From Octopus bimaculoides (lineage: Eukaryota): DNA of 61,441 nt. Both the position numbers and the translations under genes were made by a program. Positions 53,739-61,441 of this stretch are shown here, piece after piece (position 1 is the first letter of the stretch; the number at the start of each line of letters is the position of its first letter). The notes beneath the pieces were generated by a model. It was not told the origin of the DNA, did no database searches, and was given only the letters and a program-made list of their open reading frames with translations. The stretch spans positions 13,682,155 to 13,743,595 of the forward strand of contig NC_068988.1 in assembly GCF_001194135.2 (NCBI RefSeq). Reading direction: 5' to 3'.

Positions 53739-54833
53739 ACAGCAGAATTGATACTGGTGTTGTTGGCACTCCGTCGCTTACGACGTCGAGGGTTCCAGTT
53801 GATCTGATCAACAGAACAGCCTGCTCGTGAAATTAACGTGCAAGTGGCTGAGCACTCCACAGACACGTGTACCCTTAATGTAGTTCTCAGGGATATTCAG
53901 CGTAACACAGTGTGAAAAGGCTGACCCTTTGAATTACAGGTACAACAGAAACNNNNNNNNNNNNNNNNNNNNNNNNNNNNNNNNNNNNNNNNNNNNNNNN
54001 NNNNNNNNNNNNNNNNNNNNNNNNNNNNNNNNNNNNNNNNNNNNNNNNNNNNNNNNNNNNNNNNNNNNNNNNNNNNNNNNNNNNNNNNNNNNNNNNNNNN
54101 NNNNNNNNNNNNNNNNNNNNNNNNNNNNNNNNNNNNNNNNNNNNNNNNNNNNNNNNNNNNNNNNNNNNNNNNNNNNNNNNNNNNNNNNNNNNNNNNNNNN
54201 NNNNNNNNNNNNNNNNNNNNNNNNNNNNNNNNNNNNNNNNNNNNNNNNNNNNNNNNNNNNNNNNNNNNNNNNNNNNNNNNNNNNNNNNNNNNNNNNNNNN
54301 NNNNNNNNNNNNNNNNNNNNNNNNNNNNNNNNNNNNNNNNNNNNNNNNNNNNNNNNNNNNNNNNNNNNNNNNNNNNNNNNNNNNNNNNNNNNNNNNNNNN
54401 NNNNNNNNNNNNNNNNNNNNNNNNNNNNNNNNNNNNNNNNNNNNNNNNNNNNNNNNNNNNNNNNNNNNNNNNNNNNNNNNNNNNNNNNNNNNNNNNNNNN
54501 NNNNNNNNNNNNNNNNNNNNNNNNNNNNNNNNNNNNNNNNNNNNNNNNNNNNNNNNNNNNNNNNNNNNNNNNNNNNNNNNNNNNNNNNNNNNNNNNNNNN
54601 NNNNNNNNNNNNNNNNNNNNNNNNNNNNNNNNNNNNNNNNNNNNNNNNNNNNNNNNNNNNNNNNNNNNNNNNNNNNNNNNNNNNNNNNNNNNNNNNNNNN
54701 NNNNNNNNNNNNNNNNNNNNNNNNNNNNNNNNNNNNNNNNNNNNNNNNNNNNNNNNNNNNNNNNNNNNNNNNNNNNNNNNNNNNNNNNNNNNNNNNNNNN
54801 NNNNNNNNNNNNNNNNNNNNNNNNNNNNNNNNN

Positions 54834-54880
<47 letters not shown>

Positions 54881-57800
54881 GTATGTATATGCATGGTTCA
54901 AAATTGTACAAAAGACAAAGACTGGTGAGGAAACAACAAACAAGGTGTATTAGTTTGATGTTCAGGAAAAATGGAAGAGTCTGCTGTTTTGGGCTTACAC
55001 TTTTCTAGAAAGGAATAAGGAAAGAAAACAGCTGGAGAGAGGGGAAAAATGGACATGTGTGTGTGTGTGTATTTGTTCCCCTCTCCCCCACTTGAAAACC
55101 TGGTGTTGGTTTGTTTATATCCCAGTAACTTGGCACTTTGACAAAAGAGGCTGACAGAATGAGTACCAGACTTTAAAAAAATGAGTGCTAGTGGTGGTTT
55201 GCTTGATTAAGGACCCTTCAAGGCAGTGCCCCAGCATGGCCACAGTCCAATGAGTGAAACAATTAAATTAATTAAAGTAATTACCTCTAAATGTTCCAAA
55301 ATGTAAGGTGGGTTAGTCATTCCTAACCGCAACATACAACCTTCAGGTATTACATCAACAAGCTTCCAGAGAAGTTCTGGAAGCGTTACACCAATATCAT
55401 GGCCATAAGCACCAAGATCTTCAGAAGTAAGCCATATCTCCACAACACCCTCTGTAAAAACAAAGTTTAGCATAGAATTATTATACTAACAATGAAGGCA
55501 CATGGTTTAGTGGTTAAGGTATTTGGCTCACGATTGTGAGGTCGCCAGTTCAATTCCTGGCAGGTACATTGTATCCTTGAGCAAGATACTTTACTTCATG
55601 TTGTTCCAGTCCAGCTGGCAAAAATAAGTACTACCGGTATTTCAAAGGGCAAGCTTTGTCACATTGTTTCATGCTGAATCTCCCTGAGAACTGCATTAAG
55701 GGTATGCATGTCTGTGGAGTGCTCAGTAAGTTTTCTCTTTATCAACCAAGCATGGCTGAGTTGTTAAGAAGTTTGCTTCCCAACTGGTATGGGTTGGAAG
55801 GTTCAACAGGGAGAGATGAGCCAGAGGGCTATGCCAAGTTCTACATCTGCTTTGGCATGGTTTCTACAGCTCAATGCTCTTCCTAATGCCAACCAGGATG
55901 TTGGGCTGAGAGGCTGAATGATGTGTGTATGTGTTTGCATGTGTGTGTATGAGTGTGTGTGTCTGTGTAAGTGAGGCATTTTTTGTTTGTGCTTATGATC
56001 ATATGTAAATGTGTATGTGTGCATGTGTTTGTGTTACTTTATGATAATTGTAAACAAGTGCCACTGTCATACAGGCAGTGTCATTAGCTTCCAGTCTTTC
56101 ACGAAAACAAGTTTAAACATGAGAAAATATCACTTGGTAATATTTGAGCTGGAGATAGGAAGGACATCAGGCTGTATAAAATCTGCCTCAACCAATTCAA
56201 GCTGACCCATGTAAGCACAGAAAAGTGGATGTTAAAGACAATGATGATGAAAAAAAAAAGCCAGATAATATAAAATTATTCTCTAAGAAAGTCAGTGTTT
56301 TCCTTTCAATATCCAGTTGTTATGTTTATAGGAATTAGCATTAGTAATTTCTGGTGTACTCTTGTAAGGAAGAAATAGAAAATATATATTAGTTTACCTT
56401 CAAAAGATTGCACGGCTCGTTGCACTATGTCGTCTGGCGGGTAACTACCTAATTCTCCACGAGCATGCTTGGTTTTACAGTAGGTGCATTGGTTGAGACA
56501 ACTAAACAGAGAAGAACAAAAATGAAATGCTTAATATGAAATACCTTTTAGCGAAGTTTACTAAACATTCAATATGTTTTTTTAAGCAAGTGTATTTTTT
56601 TTTACACACACAAGTTACTTGAGTAGTTCTATAAATCCTGATATTTGTATAAAAAGTGTTGAGCCAAGCCTGCTCCTAATATAGGTGCAGGTGTGGCTGT
56701 GTGGTAAGAAACTTGCTTTCCAGTCATGTGATTCCACGTTCGGTTCACTGCATGACACCTTGAGCAAGTATCTTCTACTATAGTCTCAGGCCAACCAAAG
56801 CCTTGTGAGTGGATCTGACAGATGGTAACTGTTGTGTGTGTGTATCTTTGTGTTTGCGTTTGTCATCCCGCCACTACCACTTCACAACTGGTGTTGATGG
56901 GTTTGTGTCACTGTAACCTAGTAGTTTAACAAAAGAGACTGATAGGATAAGTAGGAGGCTTTAAAAAATAGGTACTAGGGGCAATTTGTTTGACTAAAAT
57001 TCTTCAAGGTGGTGCCCTAGAAGACAAGCAGTGGAGTGTCTGTCTAATGTCAATTAGCAAAAAAGAAAAAAAAACTGTGGGGTTGGAGTGTAGATTAGTT
57101 GAAGTAAAATAAAATCTAAAGTAAATGTTGTCCCACAGCATAAAGCCGACCCCATTTCCTTTGGAGTTTAGAGTCTTGTGAGTTGCATAGAACCTCAACA
57201 GTACTGGTGGCAAGAAAAAAAAAAAACACCCAGCATATGCGATGGAGTGGTTGGTATTAGGAAGGGCATCCAGCCATAAGAAACCATACCAAAGTAAATA
57301 GTAGAACACAATGCAGCTCTTGAACCCATTAGATCCTGTTATACCAGCCAACCCATGAAATATGAACATTATATGAAGATGATGATGATATCTGAATGAA
57401 TTTTTAAACTTTCTTTCTTCTTTTAACATTGATTGCCCCGTTATTATTTGACTGTTGTCTTTTTTCTCCTATTCTAAGTTTAACACATCACAGTAAGCAA
57501 CACTTGTAATGCCTATCTTATAGTTGATCATCATACTATTAAACTCATCTTAACAATGAGATTTTTAAAAGCATGTACATGTAGACCATGCTGTGATTAA
57601 TTTGATTAATGTGTTTTTAAATACTGACACAATATTGTCATTTTTAATTGGTGTACATACCCAGTGTTGATAGCAATTATTTCTATCAAAGGATTCTTTC
57701 TAATTTTTGGTAACGCCAGTGAAGCACCTCCAGTTTTTTTACCAGCTTGCTTTTTTTGACCAAACAATCGTACCGTATGACCTGGTCAAAAATGAAAAAG

Positions 57801-59568
57801 AAATAATTAAAATTTTTTCCAAGAACATTCCGGTCAAATGGTTAATGGCAGTACCCAAGTTTGGCCCCAACCTTGGGCTGAAACATTTAAAGAGAAAAAA
57901 AAAAAATGTGAGATTATGCACCTCCCACCTCCATTTACTACATATGTGGAAAATCGGTGTATGTTTGTGGCATTGTTATCAAACTCCTCCTACATCGTTT
58001 TATTGATTTTGATGAAACTTGACATGTGAGTAGAACTCATGTCTGGAAACCTTATAACATACTTAGATTGTTGAAAAAATCTATAATACGGCCCCTGGAA
58101 ATTGCTTTCTTAAATCAGAATGATAAGGCGTTTCAATAGAACCTCTTTACCCCGGGAACTACCGGGTACACCAGCTAGTATATCCATATCCAAACTTTGA
58201 GATCTATTGATATACACAGTGGTGAACTCATGTATAACAAAATTTATGTCTACATATTAAGAAATTAATTATTTAGAAGTCAATAAAAATTGGTAATAGA
58301 AAGGGCATCCACCATCATCTAACATCCGTTTTGCATGCTGGCATGGGTTAGACAGTTTGACTGGAGATGGTAAACTGCACCAGGCTCCAATCTGTTTTGG
58401 CTTGGTTTCTATCTGTCTCATCTATTGATGTCCATCATGTGTATGTGTCCCAACTAACATGAATTTCCATCATAGGAACTTAGAATAGTAACATACAAAA
58501 CTTATGGCAAAACAATCTATCTAGTTTTGTATGTGTATTTCGTGTGCAAGATTCTTGATGTGGATACGTGTGTTGAAAGAAATACAATTAAACCTTGGGA
58601 GAGGCATTATGCTGGTAATAAACACATGCACTGGTTCAGTCCTTTATTAATTTATATAGTTTTTTGTTAAATTATTTCATTGCACTCTTGCAATCTCTTC
58701 AGTAACTTGTCTCTCCACTTCCATTTATTTAATAAATAAGACAAGTTACTGAAGAGATTGCAAGAGTGCAATGAAATAATTTAACAAAAAACTATATAAA
58801 TTAATAAAGGACTGAACCAGTGTGTGTGTTTATTACCAGCATAATGCCTCTCCCAAGGTTTAATTGTAATCTATCTAGTCTTGTACAGCTTTAGTGATTT
58901 GCATTAACCCATTAGCATTTAAACTGGCCATATCTGGTCCGTATATTCTATTAATTTTATGTTGAAACTGGTTAGATTCAGCCTCTCACACCTACCCTAC
59001 AATATCATTCTAAAAATAAACAATCACATCATCAAATCTCAAGGCTATGAGATAATATATGATTAATTTTTAAAAATGTGGATAAATAAGCATTACATTT
59101 GATCAATTAATCTGAATGCTAAAGGGTTAAAGTAATTTTTTTTTTATCTGTATACAAATGACATTTTGAGTTATTAACAAGGAACTGGGGAAAAAAATCT
59201 AAGTAAAACAAGTGTATTTACCTTTTAGAGTTTCTTCAACAACTTCAACCACACGATCGATTTGTTGTACACCCAATACACTTATTCCCTGAAAGTAGAA
59301 AAAAGATTTGATTAATTAATTTTCAGAAAGTCTAATTGTAGAAGCTTTGGGAAAACACACACATTGAGAGAGAGAGAGAGATGTGGAGACTGAGAGTAAC
59401 TTACAGAAAGATATTCTGATTTGGGTTGTCCCTGTGGCACACATCCAGCTACCACAAGATGTTTTCCTAAAGATTTAGCTTTATTAATTTCATTACGGAA
59501 ATGATCTTCAGCAGGACTTTTTACTGTACAGCTGTTTAGTATCCACAAATCTGCCTTCTCCTTAGAAT
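47235..59568 (-). CDS. CDKAL1: Threonylcarbamoyladenosine tRNA methylthiotransferase CDKAL1, 5'-partial (462 aa): complement join of 59568..59405, 59288..59222, 57781..57661, 56501..56398, 55451..55285, 53362..53217, 53040..52980, 51697..51578, 50044..49982, 48770..48687, 48021..47848, 47354..47235
   Basis: Phase-consistent GT-AG exons; [21 protein letters not shown], radical-SAM [66 protein letters not shown] domain, C-terminal TM. Confidence 0.95.
47848..48021 (-). CDS. CDKAL1: CDKAL1 exon (TRAM)
   Basis: ctctag|[27 protein letters not shown]...[12 protein letters not shown]|gtaaga. Confidence 0.93.
48687..48770 (-). CDS. CDKAL1: CDKAL1 exon (TRAM)
   Basis: ttatag|[28 protein letters not shown]|gtttgt. 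Confidence 0.93.
49029..49510 (+). mobile_element. 5'-truncated RTE LINE 3' end with internally repeated 3' UTR and (ATG)n tail; inverted partial copy at about 61105-61350
   Basis: [33 protein letters not shown] followed by about 112-bp internal repeats and the family D tail. Confidence 0.7.
49982..50044 (-). CDS. CDKAL1: CDKAL1 exon
   Basis: tattag|[21 protein letters not shown]|gtgagt. Confidence 0.93.
51578..51697 (-). CDS. CDKAL1: CDKAL1 exon
   Basis: ttatag|[40 protein letters not shown]|gtaatt. Confidence 0.95.
52980..53040 (-). CDS. CDKAL1: CDKAL1 exon
   Basis: tttcag|[20 protein letters not shown]|gtatga. Confidence 0.95.
53217..53362 (-). CDS. CDKAL1: CDKAL1 exon
   Basis: ttgaag|[35 protein letters not shown]...FLKE|gtaagc. 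Confidence 0.95.
55285..55451 (-). CDS. CDKAL1: CDKAL1 exon
   Basis: ttacag|[20 protein letters not shown]...[12 protein letters not shown]|gtaatt. Confidence 0.95.
56398..56501 (-). CDS. CDKAL1: CDKAL1 exon (CxxxCxxC)
   Basis: gtttag|[34 protein letters not shown]|gtaaac. Confidence 0.95.
57661..57781 (-). CDS. CDKAL1: CDKAL1 exon
   Basis: gaccag|[10 protein letters not shown]...[18 protein letters not shown]|gtatgt. Confidence 0.95.
58532..58867. mobile_element. Penelope-like non-autonomous insertion: 130-bp inverted repeat flanked by an 18-bp direct repeat
   Basis: Arms 58583-58712 and 58739-58868 (2 mismatches), 26-nt loop; aatctatctagt(t/c)ttgta at 58514-58531 and 58868-58885. Confidence 0.7.
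58745..58785 (+). ncRNA. Minimal hammerhead-like motif (mirror copy on - at 58706-58666)
   Basis: GTTA-CTGAAGA-G-ATTGCA[AGAG]TGCAAT-GAA-ATAAT-T-TAAC. Confidence 0.5.
59222..59288 (-). CDS. CDKAL1: CDKAL1 exon
   Basis: tttcag|[23 protein letters not shown]|gtaaat. Confidence 0.95.
59405..59568 (-). CDS. CDKAL1: CDKAL1 exon (UPF0004 domain)
   Basis: ttaaag|[25 protein letters not shown]...[15 protein letters not shown]|gtaagt. Confidence 0.95.
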
Positions 59569-59967
59569 CTTTAAAAATGAATAGATAAATAAATACATTA
59601 CACCTTTAAAAAGTATAACNNNNNNNNNNNNNNNNNNNNNNNNNNNNNNNNNNNNNNNNNNNNNNNNNNNNNNNNNNNNNNNNNNNNNNNNNNNNNNNNN
59701 NNNNNNNNNNNNNNNNNNNATATATATATATATAGGTATGTATGTGTGTACATATACATATATGCATACACATACACAGAGCATCATTAGTGGTAGAGAC
59801 TTTAAATATGAATTATATGAAGTATTTATATAAGCACAAATTTCAGACAGAAGAGAACAGGCTCTTCCACAGGCTCTGTAGATTTATTGCAGGAACTTCA
59901 TAGTAGTGGTTGGGGTAACAGTATTAATAAAATAGGAGATGGAATGTGTAATAGACTTTATTGGGGA

Positions 59968-60008
59968 CAAAACATGTTTCGACCCGTTCTGGGTCTCTTC
60001 AGGTACAT
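59968..60008 (-). ncRNA. Minimal hammerhead-like motif with canonical core
   Basis: CTGAAGA-GACCC[AGAAC]GGGTC-GAA-ACATGT-T; stem I imperfect. Confidence 0.45.
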
Positions 60009-61441
60009 CAATAAAAAAAGTCTCACTAGAGATTTCTTGAGTCAGCTTACATACTGATATATGTCCATCAAATTTGTGAATGAGTAAAATCAGAGAAAAA
60101 TTATTGAAACGCTAAAAATTCAAATATGAACATGGAAAGTATACATTCTAGTTTATACATTCATATCTCCTAATCATTATCATCATCATTAAACACCCAC
60201 TTTTTCATGCTTTCTAAACAAGGTAATATTTGCCCATTACTAGACATGGCTTTCATGGACAGTTGGAAACAAACAACATCACTTGTATGACGGAAACATT
60301 CACTTACAACCATCTTGTGATGTTTGGACAAGAGTACACACAAGCATACGCAAATACATACATGATGAGCTTCTTTGAGTTTCCACAAACCACATCCACC
60401 CACAAAGCTTTGGTTGGCGCAGGACTATACAAGACACTTGCCCAAGGTGCCATGCAGTGGGACTGAACCTGAGATTACATGGTCGGGAAGAAAGTTTCTC
60501 AACCACACAGCCATGCCTGCACTTGCTTGCTTACAATGCACGCATCCATCCACACATCCATACATCCATACATCCATACAAGATAACCTGATCACTTCAT
60601 GGTTGTTTTATCTTACTGTGAACTGTATGTTATTGTACCTCACTATTTCTGGTGTCCCACATTACATGTTGATGTATCTAGATTCTACTGAATTGTATAA
60701 TCTGTATGTGTATATGTGTGTGTGTGTATGTAAGTAAAAAAGGGTAAAGACCCCCTTTGGTCATGAATGACCATGGGATTACATCTAGAAAGTTCTCTGA
60801 GGCACAAGTCTGGGCAACGTTGTTTATGGAAGACCAGCAGTCAGCCATGCATACCAGCCTCACCTCTCCATGCCACCGATGTTATCCAAAGAAAAGGGAA
60901 AGGCTAATACAGCTTGGCATCAGTGATGTCGCAACTCATTTCTACAGCTGAGTGAACTGGAGCAACATGAAATAAAGTGTCTTGCTCAAGAACACAACAC
61001 AGCCCAGGAATCAAATTCACTATCTCATGATTATGAGCCCAACACTCTAACCAGATCCATCCCCACAACAACACACTCACACACAAATACAGTGGTAATC
61101 ATCATCATCGTCGTTTAACGTCCGCTTTCCATGCTAGCATGGGTTGGACGATTTGACTGAGGACTGGTGAAACCGGATGGCAACACCAGGCTCCAATCTA
61201 ATTTGGCAGAGTTTCTACAGCTGGATGCCCTTCCTAACGCCAACCACTCAGAGAGTGTAGTGGGTGCTTCTACGTGTCACCCGCACGAAAACGGCCACAC
61301 TCGAAATGGTGTCTTTTATGTGCCACCCGCACAAGCCAGTCCAGGGGCACGTAATGGTAGAGAGCTATAATATAGGCAGCTCAAAATATCTGGCAGTGTT
61401 GGCTATAGCCTAGTCACCCGTATTACGAACCAGGTGATACA

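Overview
AT-rich, SINE- and microsatellite-dense animal genomic DNA from a draft assembly with N gaps. It is most likely a coleoid cephalopod (Octopus-like); this is inferred from the repeat landscape. Three spliced genes were reconstructed by hand. (1) A complete 10-exon TRIM23/ARD1 on + (18596-45505, 577 aa; RING, B-box, coiled-coil, Arf GTPase). (2) Twelve 3' exons of CDKAL1 on - (59568-47235; radical-SAM tRNA methylthiotransferase with a C-terminal membrane anchor), convergent with TRIM23. Its 5' exon(s) are not seen in the window. (3) Coding exon 1 of TRAPPC13 on - (14816-14774, MEGSREKEHLLALK), head-to-head with TRIM23 as in human; no further exons are seen in the window. Highlights: apparent mollusc-human TRAPPC13/TRIM23 head-to-head microsynteny; a nested TATA/CCAAT/E-box promoter with a uORF-rich leader inside TRAPPC13 intron 1; at least five families of minimal hammerhead-ribozyme-like motifs, including one in a tRNA-head SINE and a twin pair in a 130-bp inverted repeat; a head-to-tail SINE concatemer bounded by one target-site duplication; and a canonical catalytic Gln in the TRIM23 Arf domain where human has Lys. 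SINE boundaries are approximate, and no database searches were run.
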